Shown here piece by piece: positions 8,687-16,944 of a stretch of 44,867 nt of DNA. Each line of letters starts with the position of its first letter. The first letter of the stretch is position 1. Made by a program: the position numbers and the translations under genes. Source of the DNA: Bacteroidales bacterium (GTDB taxonomy: Bacteria > Bacteroidota > Bacteroidia > Bacteroidales > VadinHA17); the NCBI GenBank assembly GCA_027067975.1, contig JAMOUS010000124.1, positions 1 to 44,867 on the forward strand. Direction: 5' to 3'. The notes beneath the pieces are model-generated. The model did no database searches. It was not told where the DNA came from and worked only from the letters and a program-made list of their open reading frames with translations.

Positions 8687-9661
8687 ATGAAAAAACATGT
8701 TGCCATCGGCATCGATATCGGCGGCACCAACACGGTGTTCGGCATTGTTGATAAAAAAGGCAATTTCCTGGCCGAAGGGAAGATGAAGACCCGCGACTAC
8801 GGCGAGATCGAGGTCTTCCTCGCCGCCCTCAACGAGAAGGTGCGGCTGGCCTTGCGCCGGCTCAACGAGAAGGTGTTCGTCGAAGGCATCGGCATCGGCG
8901 CGCCGATGGGCAACATCAACAAGGGCACGATCGAATATGCGGCCGACCTGCCCTGGAAGGGGGTGATTCCCCTGGCCGATCTTTTCAAACAATACACCTC
9001 GCTGCCGGTGATCGTCACCAATGATGCCAATGCGGCCGCCATCGGCGAGATGATCTACGGCGGTGCCAAGGGGATGAAGAACTTTGTGGTGATCACGCTG
9101 GGCACGGGGCTGGGCAGCGGCTTCGTCGTCAACGGCGAGCTGCTCTACGGTGCCGACGGCTTCGCCGGCGAGATCGGCCACACCTCCATCCGCCCCGGTG
9201 AGAGCAACCGCCAGTGCGCCTGCGGCCGCAAAGGATGCCTAGAGACCTATGTCTCGGCCACCGGCATCAAACGCACCGTCTTCAAGCTCCTCGGCGACAT
9301 GATCGAAGACAGCGTCCTGCGCAACTACAGCTTCAACGAACTCACCGCCGCCGACATCAGCGAAGCCGCCAAGAACGGCGACCCCGTCGCCCTGGCCGCT
9401 TTCGAACATACCGGCAAAATGCTCGGCTACAAACTCGCCGACGTTGTCGCCCACACCAATCCCGAGGCGATCTTCCTCTTCGGCGGCCTCACCCTCTCCG
9501 GCGAGCTGATCTTCGAACCCACCCGCCGCCACATGGAACAGAACCTCCTCTCCATCTACAAAGGCAAGGTGAAACTCCTCCCCTCCAAACTCAATACCCA
9601 GAACGCCGCCGTCCTCGGCGCCAGCGCCCTGGTGTGGAACATGGAAAACCATAAGAAGTAA
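8687..9661 (+). CDS. ROK family sugar kinase (second paralog)
   Basis: IGIDIGGT, NDANAAAIGE, TLGTGLGSG and GEIGH...CACGRKGCLE. Highly similar to 3792-4757. Confidence 0.93.
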   Translation: MKKHVAIGIDIGGTNTVFGIVDKKGNFLAEGKMKTRDYGEIEVFLAALNEKVRLALRRLNEKVFVEGIGIGAPMGNINKGTIEYAADLPWKGVIPLADLFKQYTSLPVIVTNDANAAAIGEMIYGGAKGMKNFVVITLGTGLGSGFVVNGELLYGADGFAGEIGHTSIRPGESNRQCACGRKGCLETYVSATGIKRTVFKLLGDMIEDSVLRNYSFNELTAADISEAAKNGDPVALAAFEHTGKMLGYKLADVVAHTNPEAIFLFGGLTLSGELIFEPTRRHMEQNLLSIYKGKVKLLPSKLNTQNAAVLGASALVWNMENHKK

Positions 9662-9693
9662 CCCCGTCATTTTTTCGTATCTTGGCAGAAAAA

Positions 9694-10092
9694 ATGGCCG
9701 GAGGTGCACATATCTTCCTGCGTATTCTGATGATCACCGTCGAATCGATCATCTTCGCTCTGGCAGGGGCCTTGTTGCGCCCTTACTTGCCCCCCACACG
9801 CCACAAGATCTCCTACCTCCTGCTCAAGGTCAGCTATCTTCTCTACCTCTTCACCCTCATGGCTCTGCTCTATTTCCTCGCCTTCTACCCGCAAGAGCTG
9901 GATGAATATTTCAGCAATCTTCTCTTCTTTTCGCTCCTCTTCTCAATGATCTTCCCCTCCGGTGCCATGCTCGCCCGCAAGAAGATCAAACACAAGAGAA
10001 CGCTATACAACTATTTTTTCACCCTCCTCAACCTGCTGATCGCGGCCGCCTACATCTACCTGTGGGCGGATATCCGAGCCCTTTACGGTTGA
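9694..10092 (+). CDS. Hypothetical small membrane protein (about 4 TM)
   Basis: Hydrophobic segments, fills the gap between co-oriented genes. The start could be 9694 or 9730. Confidence 0.65.
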   Translation: MAGGAHIFLRILMITVESIIFALAGALLRPYLPPTRHKISYLLLKVSYLLYLFTLMALLYFLAFYPQELDEYFSNLLFFSLLFSMIFPSGAMLARKKIKHKRTLYNYFFTLLNLLIAAAYIYLWADIRALYG

Positions 10093-10111
10093 AAGGACAA
10101 AACGCACGACC

Positions 10112-11761
10112 ATGCTGAAAGAGACACTTACCGGATTCATCCGCAACGGCATCGAAAAGGGCTGGGACATCAAGGCCCTCTCCAACTATCGGGGGGACGA
10201 CTTCACCTACCGTGAAGTCGCCACGCTGATGGCCCGTCTGCACCTTCTCTACCGCGAGGCCGGCATCCGCGAGGGCGACAAGATCGCTCTCGTCGGCAAG
10301 AACTCGGTCCACTGGGCCGTCATCTACCTGGCCACTGTCACCTACGGAGCGGTCATCGTGCCTCTGCTGCCCGACTTCCGGCCGGCGGACATCCAAAACC
10401 TCCTCGACCATTCCGACTCGCTCCTGCTCTTTGCCGAGAAGAGCCTGTTCGAGCCCCTCGACACCCAGGCCTTCCCGAAGATCCGTGCCGCCCTGGCCGT
10501 CGACGACTTCTCCCTCCTTTTCTCGCGTGACGAGTCCCTCGCTTCTATTGTCACCGAATGGGACGGTCTCTTCGCTTCCCGCTACCCCGAAGGGTACCGC
10601 CGCAACGATCTGGACCTTCCCGAGATCCCCAACGACCGGCTGGCGGTGATCAGCTACACCTCCGGCACCACGGGCAATTCGAAAGGGGTGATGCTCTCGC
10701 ACAACTCGCTGGCCGCCAATGTGCGCTTTGCCCACCGTCACATGCCGCTGCAGGCGGGCGACCGCATCGTCTCCTTCCTGCCGCTGGCCCATGCCTACGG
10801 CTGCGCCTTCGAGTTCCTCTTCCCCTTCACTCTCGGCTGCCATATCACCTTCCTCACCAAGACCCCCTCGCCGCAGATCATCACCAAGGCCTTCGCAGAG
10901 ATACGCCCGCGTCTCATCCTATCAGTGCCGCTGGTGATCGAAAAGATCTACAAGAAAAAGATCATGCCCGCCCTCGACAAGCCGCTCCTGAAGGTGCTGC
11001 TGCGCATCCCCGGCATACGCGGCCTAGTGCACCGCTCCATCCGCAAAAAGATTCTCGAAGTGTTCGGCGGCAACTTCCATGAGATCGTCATCGGCGGTGC
11101 CGCCTTCAACCCCGAGGCCGAAGTCTTCTTCCACCGCATCGGCGTGCCCTTCACCGTAGGCTACGGCATGACCGAGTGCGGACCGCTCATCAGCTATGCC
11201 CCCTGGAACGACCGTAAGCTCTTCTCCTGCGGACGTCCTGTCGACACCCTCGAGGTGAAGATCGACTCTTCCGACCCCGAGCATGAGGCCGGCGAGATCC
11301 TCGTCCGCGGAGAGAACGTCATGGAAGGATACTACAAGAACGAAGAGGCCACCCGCCAGGTGCTCGACGACGAAGGCTGGCTCCATACCGGCGACCTCGG
11401 CACTATGGACAAGGAACAGAACATCTTCATCCGCGGCCGCAGCAAGAACATGATCCTCGGCCCCTCGGGACAGAACATCTACCCCGAAGAGATCGAGGCC
11501 GTCCTCAACAACCAGCCCCTGGTGGCCGACTCGCTCGTCGTCAACCGCGAAAACCGCATCGTCGCCCTCGTCTATCCCGACCAGGACGAGGTGCGGGCAA
11601 GAAAGATCTCCGAAGAAGAACTTCCCAAAGTGATGGACGACCTGCGGCGCCAGGTGAACGGCGAGCTGTCCGCCTACATGCAGATCCACCGCATTGAGAT
11701 CATGAAAGAGGATTTCCAGCGTACGCCCAAGAAGAACATCAAACGCTTCAAGTATCAGTGA
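10112..11761 (+). CDS. Long-chain fatty acid-CoA ligase (AMP-binding family)
   Basis: YTSGTTGNSKG, FLPLAHAY, GYGMTE, WLHTGDLG and GQNIYPEEIE motifs. Confidence 0.92.
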   Translation: MLKETLTGFIRNGIEKGWDIKALSNYRGDDFTYREVATLMARLHLLYREAGIREGDKIALVGKNSVHWAVIYLATVTYGAVIVPLLPDFRPADIQNLLDHSDSLLLFAEKSLFEPLDTQAFPKIRAALAVDDFSLLFSRDESLASIVTEWDGLFASRYPEGYRRNDLDLPEIPNDRLAVISYTSGTTGNSKGVMLSHNSLAANVRFAHRHMPLQAGDRIVSFLPLAHAYGCAFEFLFPFTLGCHITFLTKTPSPQIITKAFAEIRPRLILSVPLVIEKIYKKKIMPALDKPLLKVLLRIPGIRGLVHRSIRKKILEVFGGNFHEIVIGGAAFNPEAEVFFHRIGVPFTVGYGMTECGPLISYAPWNDRKLFSCGRPVDTLEVKIDSSDPEHEAGEILVRGENVMEGYYKNEEATRQVLDDEGWLHTGDLGTMDKEQNIFIRGRSKNMILGPSGQNIYPEEIEAVLNNQPLVADSLVVNRENRIVALVYPDQDEVRARKISEEELPKVMDDLRRQVNGELSAYMQIHRIEIMKEDFQRTPKKNIKRFKYQ

Positions 11762-12453
11762 GCGAAGGTCGCTTCGATACGGTGATCATCGTGGCGGGTG
11801 GCGAGGGCCGCCGCCTGGGGGCGCCCGTCCCCAAGCAGTTCCTTCCCCTTGGCGGCGTGCCGGTGTTGTGGCATACCCTCCTGGCCTTTCACCATTACGA
11901 CCCGTCGCTGCAGATCATCGTAGTGCTTCATCCCGCCTGGCAAGATCACTGGCAGGAGACGGCAGCACACCTCTCTCCTGCCATCCCCTATGCGGTTGCC
12001 GGCGGCGGTGAGACGCGCTTTCATTCGGTACGCAACGGGCTGGCGCTGGCCCGCGGCATCTTCACCGCCGTCCACGATGCCAGCCGGCCTCTCATAAGCC
12101 CGGCCCTCCTGCAGCGATGCTTCGACGCCGCCCGCCGCCACGGCAATGCCGTACCTGCCATCCCCGTCACCGACTCCCTGCGGGAGGTCACCGCCGCCGG
12201 CAACCGCCCCGTCAACCGGGAACGCTTCCGCAGCATCCAAACCCCCCAGATCTTCCCCACCCCCCTGCTCAAAAAAGCTTTCGAACAACCCTACCGCCCC
12301 AACTTCACCGACGAGGCCACGGTCGTGGAAAGCCTGGGCGAAAAGATCCACCTCGTCGAAGGAGAACGCAGCAACCTCAAGATCACCACCCCCTTCGACA
12401 TGGAAGTGGCCGAAATGCTCATCCGCCAGCAACGAAAAAAACAACACCCATGA
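11758..12453 (+). CDS. ispD: 2-C-methyl-D-erythritol 4-phosphate cytidylyltransferase
   Basis: VAGGEGRRLG..PKQF, GGETRFHSVRNG, VHDASRP, QTPQ, TDEA and NLKITTPFD. GTG start overlaps the upstream stop. Confidence 0.95.
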   Translation: MSEGRFDTVIIVAGGEGRRLGAPVPKQFLPLGGVPVLWHTLLAFHHYDPSLQIIVVLHPAWQDHWQETAAHLSPAIPYAVAGGGETRFHSVRNGLALARGIFTAVHDASRPLISPALLQRCFDAARRHGNAVPAIPVTDSLREVTAAGNRPVNRERFRSIQTPQIFPTPLLKKAFEQPYRPNFTDEATVVESLGEKIHLVEGERSNLKITTPFDMEVAEMLIRQQRKKQHP

Positions 12454-13580
12454 AAAAGTCCCGCACGCTCCTCCTGACCCTCTTCAGTATCCTGCTCCAG
12501 CTGTCCCTCTCCGGCCAATCATACCTCATGTATATCGGCACTTACACCACCTGGAAAGAAGGAGGAAAAGGCATTTATGCCTACCGTTTCCTCCCCGACA
12601 GCGGCAAGATCGTCTATGCAGGGCTCACCCATGGCATCCGCAATCCCTCTTTTTTGCTGGCGGATCCTTCCGGACAATACCTGTATGCCGTCAATGAGTT
12701 GGGCAACCGTCATGGTGGCGTCTCTTCGTTCAGTATCGAACGTCCCGGCGGCAAGCTCACGCCGCTCTCGACACAACCCACCGGCGGCGACGCGCCGTGT
12801 CACCTCACCCTTGACGAGGCGGGCACCACCCTCTTCACGGCCAACTATGCCGGCGGCAGTGTGTCGGTGTTTCCCGTCACGGAGGGCCGCATCTGGGAGC
12901 GCACGGCCCTCATCACCCATGAGGGTCACGGTCCCATCGCCGCCCGTCAGCGGGGACCCCATCCCCATGAGGTGGTCATCAACGCCGTCGACCATCTGCT
13001 CTACGTGCCTGACCTGGGCCTCGACAAGGTCTTCCTGTACCGCCCCCGCCAAGCACAGCAGCCTCTGCCGGCCGCCCAGCCTTATGTGACCACCGCCCCC
13101 GGCGGCGGCCCCCGCCACCTCGCCTTCTCCCCCGATGGATATGAGATGTATGTGGTCCTGGAGATGGCCTCGCGACTCGCTCATTTCCACCGCGACGACC
13201 CCGCCACCCCCTGGCAGGAGATCGGCAGCGTCTCCCTCCTCCCCGAAGACGCCGACGCCACCGGCAACACCGGCGCCGAAGTGGTCATCACCCCCGACGG
13301 GAAATACCTCTATGCCTCCAACCGCGGCCACAACAGCATCTCCCTCTTCTCGCTCGAACGTGACGGAAAACCTGTCATGACAGGCAACTATCCCTGCGGC
13401 GGCAAAACACCCCGCTTCTTCACCCTCGATCCCACCGGAAAGTACCTCCTCGTGCTCAACCAGGACTCGAACAATATGGTCCTCTTCCTGCGAAAGAACG
13501 ACGGCTCGCTTGTCCCCACCGGCACCGACATCTCCGTCCCCAAGCCCGTATGCGCGGTGTTCGTGCCGGCCAACCTATGA
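12450..13580 (+). CDS. Lactonase family beta-propeller (6-phosphogluconolactonase-like) with signal peptide
   Basis: ATGA overlap with ispD. Motifs YIGTYT, NPSFL, ANYAGGSV, RQRGPHPH, DLGLD, GPRH, YASNRGHNSI and PRFF. Confidence 0.9.
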   Translation: MKKSRTLLLTLFSILLQLSLSGQSYLMYIGTYTTWKEGGKGIYAYRFLPDSGKIVYAGLTHGIRNPSFLLADPSGQYLYAVNELGNRHGGVSSFSIERPGGKLTPLSTQPTGGDAPCHLTLDEAGTTLFTANYAGGSVSVFPVTEGRIWERTALITHEGHGPIAARQRGPHPHEVVINAVDHLLYVPDLGLDKVFLYRPRQAQQPLPAAQPYVTTAPGGGPRHLAFSPDGYEMYVVLEMASRLAHFHRDDPATPWQEIGSVSLLPEDADATGNTGAEVVITPDGKYLYASNRGHNSISLFSLERDGKPVMTGNYPCGGKTPRFFTLDPTGKYLLVLNQDSNNMVLFLRKNDGSLVPTGTDISVPKPVCAVFVPANL

Positions 13581-13623
13581 CTTTTTACACTCTTTAACCT
13601 TCTTTTAACCGCACTCCACACGC

Positions 13624-13639
13624 TTGGCACAGTATTTGT
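13624..13639 (+). promoter_or_regulatory. Sigma54-like -24/-12 promoter
   Basis: TTGGCAC-AGTAT-TTGT against consensus TGGCAC-N5-TTGC, one mismatch at -12. Confidence 0.55.
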
Positions 13640-13650
13640 CCTTTTATAGG

Positions 13651-13718
13651 CACAGGCAATCTTCCACATATACCTCTCCAGGGCAGCCAGGCGTCACGTG
13701 CACCTGGCTTTATTTTTT
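13651..13718 (+). ncRNA. Candidate sigma54-dependent small RNA (about 65 nt)
   Basis: Lies between the -24/-12 motif and a terminator hairpin and contains no ORF. Inferred only. Confidence 0.4.
13685..13718 (+). terminator. Intrinsic terminator
   Basis: AGCCAGG...CCTGGCT stem followed by TTATTTTTT. Confidence 0.7.
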
Positions 13719-13761
13719 ACCGGCAGTTCGGAGTTCATTGTATTGAGTCAATGACACCCGG

Positions 13762-14156
13762 CTTTCGCGAAGCTTTGGCTGAAGCGAAAGACGATGGTGG
13801 AATTGACCCTGACCGGAGCCGCAGGCGGAGCGTCAGGGTTCTGCAAAAGTGACTGAAGTACTTCGAGTGCCTGGAGTGCCTTAAGTACTTCGAGTACTTT
13901 GAGTACTTGGTGTTCGGAGTATGGAGTTGTTCTACTTTTGTCTTTTGCCTTAACCCTTTTGCCTTCTTTTGTCTTTGTCCTTTTATCTTTTGTCTCGTTT
14001 TGGCCTTCTTCGTCCACCGAAGCTTTAACGAAGGCGAATCGCATCATCTCATTATCGCTTCATCGCTTTATCGCTTTATCGAAACCCCACCGATCCCCTC
14101 AGCCCCTCCGGGGCTTTGCTGTGCCACTTATGCCTTTTGCCTTCTCTTTTGTCTTG
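13762..14156. repeat. Mosaic of short tandem repeats (9-, 7- and 8-bp periods) and REP-like hairpins
   Basis: Six 9-mers at 13854-13907, CTTTTGY-type 7-mers at 13935-13993 and 14127-14152, ATCGCTTT-type 8-mers at 14038-14081. Hairpins at 13762-13790, 13806-13839, 14009-14038 and 14101-14115. Confidence 0.85.
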
Positions 14157-14233
14157 TTTCTCGCCGCCCGCGGCTCACGGGGCGGAGGCGGCTGCCTCCT
14201 CTGTCGCGGTTTTTTTATTGCGGAAAATTGGAA

Positions 14234-14241
14234 TAATTTTG
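14234..14241 (+). promoter_or_regulatory. -7 element (TAATTTTG) for cysS
   Basis: TAnnTTTG 26 nt before the cysS ATG. Confidence 0.6.
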
Positions 14242-14266
14242 CACAATGTTCCAATAAGAAGCTGTC

Positions 14267-15724
14267 ATGCTGAAGATCTACAATTCACTGTCGCGCCGCA
14301 AGGAAGAGTTCCAACCCCTCGATCCCCCGCATGTGGGGATGTATGTCTGCGGTCCCACGGTGTATGGCGATGCCCATCTGGGTCATGCCCGCGCCGCCAT
14401 CACTTTTGACGTGCTGTTCCGCTACCTGCAGCATCTGGGGTACAAGGTGCGGTATGTACGCAATATCACCGATGTGGGGCATCTCGAGAACGATGCCGAC
14501 AGCGGCGAGGACAAGATCGGCAAGCGTGCCCGCCTCGAGCAGCTCGAGCCGATGGAGGTGGTACAGCGCTATACCAACAGCTACCATCACAATATGGAAC
14601 AGCTCAACACCCTCCCCCCCAGTATCGAGCCCCACGCCTCCGGCCACATCATCGAACAGCAGATCTTCACCGAAAAGATCCTGGAGAACGGCTACGCCTA
14701 TGAGGTCAACGGCTCGGTCTATTTCGACGTAGAGAAATACAACCGCGACCATCATTACGGCAAACTGTCGGGGCGCCGGCTGGAGGATCTCCTGGCCAAC
14801 ACCCGCGAGCTGGAAGGGCAAGAGGAAAAACACCATCCATACGACTTCGCCCTCTGGAAGAAGGCCTCCCCCTCCCACATCATGAAATGGCCCTCGAAAT
14901 GGGGCGAGGGATATCCCGGCTGGCACATCGAATGCTCCACCATGAGCACGAAATATCTCGGCGAACAGTTCGACATCCACGGCGGGGGGATGGACCTGCT
15001 CTTCCCTCATCATGAGTGCGAGATCGCACAGTCGACCGCAGCCCTGGGGAAAGAGTCGGTAAAATACTGGATGCACAACAACCTCATCACCATCAACGGC
15101 CAGAAGATGGGCAAGTCGCTCGGCAATGCCATCTCGCTCAACGAGATCTTCAGCGGCGACCATCCCCTGCTGGAGAAGGCCTACTCACCCATGGCCATCC
15201 GTTTCTTCATCCTGCAGGCCCACTACCGCAGCACGCTCGACTTCTCCAACCGTGCGGTCCAGGCGGCCGAGAAAGGCCTCGAACGCCTCCTCGACGGGAT
15301 GGCCACCCTCGAGCGCATCAGGTCCGGCGACACCTCCACCTATGACGTCGAAGCCCTCGAGAAACGCTGTTACGAAGCCATGGACGACGACCTCAACACC
15401 CCCGTCCTCATCGCCCATCTCTTCGAAGGGATCAAACACATCCACCTCGCCGCCGCCGGCAAGGAAAGTCTCACCGCCGGCGACCTGGACAAGCTGAAAA
15501 AACTCTACCACACCTTCGTACACGAGATCCTCGGCATCCGCCAGGAAGAGAAAACCGCGAAAAACGACCTCACCGACCGCCTCATCGAGCTGATCCTCAA
15601 CATCCGGCTCGAGGCAAAGAAGAAAAAGGATTTCGACACCGCCGACCGCATCCGTGATATGCTGGGCGAACTGGGCATCACGGTCAAGGATGTACCCGGC
15701 GGCTTTGAATGGGAATGGAAATAA
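14267..15724 (+). CDS. cysS: Cysteine--tRNA ligase
   Basis: [13 protein letters not shown] (HIGH), [29 protein letters not shown] and KMGKS. Confidence 0.98.
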   Translation: MLKIYNSLSRRKEEFQPLDPPHVGMYVCGPTVYGDAHLGHARAAITFDVLFRYLQHLGYKVRYVRNITDVGHLENDADSGEDKIGKRARLEQLEPMEVVQRYTNSYHHNMEQLNTLPPSIEPHASGHIIEQQIFTEKILENGYAYEVNGSVYFDVEKYNRDHHYGKLSGRRLEDLLANTRELEGQEEKHHPYDFALWKKASPSHIMKWPSKWGEGYPGWHIECSTMSTKYLGEQFDIHGGGMDLLFPHHECEIAQSTAALGKESVKYWMHNNLITINGQKMGKSLGNAISLNEIFSGDHPLLEKAYSPMAIRFFILQAHYRSTLDFSNRAVQAAEKGLERLLDGMATLERIRSGDTSTYDVEALEKRCYEAMDDDLNTPVLIAHLFEGIKHIHLAAAGKESLTAGDLDKLKKLYHTFVHEILGIRQEEKTAKNDLTDRLIELILNIRLEAKKKKDFDTADRIRDMLGELGITVKDVPGGFEWEWK

Positions 15725-15728
15725 AAAG

Positions 15729-15847
15729 GAGTTCTCAGTATTGAGTTCTTAGTATCGAGTTCTCAGTATCGAGTTGGGAACTGGCTCAGAACTCGATACT
15801 CGATACTCCAAAACTCCATACTCCATACTCGATACTCTGAACTCAAT
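15729..15847. repeat. Inverted pair of heptamer tandem arrays between convergent genes
   Basis: Left arm (GAGTTCT-YAGTATY)x3 at 15729-15775. Right arm has eight ACTCNNN (ACTCGAT/ACTCCAT-type) units at 15791-15847. Perfect 11-bp inverted core AGTATCGAGTT / AACTCGATACT. Confidence 0.9.
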
Positions 15848-15853
15848 ATTCTA

Positions 15854-16309
15854 TTATTCCGCCCTCGTCCAGGTGGTCTTGCGGCCGAGGAACTTCATCC
15901 CCAACACATACCCTTTGATCTTGAGGTCCTTGCCCTCCATCCACATGTAGCAGTCATAGGTGTTCCCGCTCTTGGGATCATAGATACGGCCATCCACCCA
16001 TTCTTTCTCCTCGGGATCGTAACGGAACCCCCAGAAGAGCTTGAGCCCCATCACCGGGCGGGTCTTCAGCTTCGGATCGGGGTTCTTGTCGTCCACTTTC
16101 GGCTTGCCGTTCTCATACGGCTCCTTCAGCCAGACGATCTTACCGGTGTATTTGCCGTTCTCCTTGTAGATCTGGATAATGGCATCTTTCTCCTCGTTGT
16201 ACCATTTGCCGAGGATCACATCCCCCTCCTGGGCGCGGAGGAGCATGGCCGAAAAAAGGAAGAGGGTCACAAAGAGTGCTCGCATGGTCATTCTTTTTGG
16301 TTTGAACAT
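15854..16309 (-). CDS. DUF2147 domain-containing exported protein
   Basis: Signal peptide, then GKWY...YTGKIVWL, DDKNPDPKLKTRP..GL, GRIYDPKSGNTY and GRKTTWTR. The start may be 16291 or 16285. Confidence 0.88.
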   Translation of the reverse strand: MFKPKRMTMRALFVTLFLFSAMLLRAQEGDVILGKWYNEEKDAIIQIYKENGKYTGKIVWLKEPYENGKPKVDDKNPDPKLKTRPVMGLKLFWGFRYDPEEKEWVDGRIYDPKSGNTYDCYMWMEGKDLKIKGYVLGMKFLGRKTTWTRAE

Positions 16310-16331
16310 CTAAAAATAGGATTTTTTTCCT

Positions 16332-16940
16332 TCATCCGGTATTTCTCTTCACCAGGCCGTAGAAGAGCAAATGGAGGAGGTTCTCCACATGATGCATCTC
16401 GCCCCGTTCTTTTTTTCTCCAGAAAAGGGGGATCTCCAGTCCTTTCATGGCCGTACAGATGACCGTGGCGGCGAGGGTGGGGTCTTGTACGGTGAAGACC
16501 CCCTGGCCGATACCTTCTATCAGCAGGCGGGCGATGGTGATGCGCTCGGAACGGTCGTATTTGCGGCGTATCCGCTCGATGAAGTCGTACTGTGTCATCG
16601 AAGGCTCGAAGATGGAAGGATAGCGCGCCGCGATACTGCCCAAGGCCGACATACGTGCCAGGATGTACTTACGCAAGCGCGTGCGGGGGTCGTCATACCT
16701 CTCCAGGATGGCACTGAGCTGACGCCGCACTTTGGCCGCCTCACAGTCGACCACCGCATGGAAGATCTCCTCCTTCCCCCGGAAATAATAATAGAGCGAA
16801 CTTTTACCCATGTGGAGGCGGGCGGCAATATCTTCCACCGTCGTCTTACGGTAGCCGTAACGACCGAACACCTCACTGGCCGCCTTCACGATCTCGTGAC
16901 GCAGCTGCCGCCGGTAGCCGGGATATCGTCGCAGCACCAT
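16332..16940 (-). CDS. TetR/AcrR family transcriptional regulator
   Basis: HTH FGRYGYRKTTVEDIA...KSSLYYYFRGKEEIF. The ATG at 16940 is 4 nt after the rnr stop. Confidence 0.9.
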   Translation of the reverse strand: MVLRRYPGYRRQLRHEIVKAASEVFGRYGYRKTTVEDIAARLHMGKSSLYYYFRGKEEIFHAVVDCEAAKVRRQLSAILERYDDPRTRLRKYILARMSALGSIAARYPSIFEPSMTQYDFIERIRRKYDRSERITIARLLIEGIGQGVFTVQDPTLAATVICTAMKGLEIPLFWRKKERGEMHHVENLLHLLFYGLVKRNTG

Positions 16941-16944
16941 CGAC

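Noticed and set aside
14160-14220. T-box or attenuator upstream of cysS (GC hairpins plus T-run)
   Set aside because: No T-box consensus (GGTGGNACCGCG), and the likely cysS -7 element lies downstream of the T-run, so it would not be in the cysS leader.
13748-14273. ORFs 13748-14047(-), 13899-14273(+) and 13907-14236(+)
   Set aside because: Their low-complexity translations (LKVLEVLKAL, KDKRTKTK, FVLLSF) simply reflect the tandem DNA repeats, and base composition differs from real genes.
13854-15847. Possible CRISPR array in the repeat regions flanking cysS
   Set aside because: Units are 7-14 bp and directly tandem, with no unique spacers and no cas genes.
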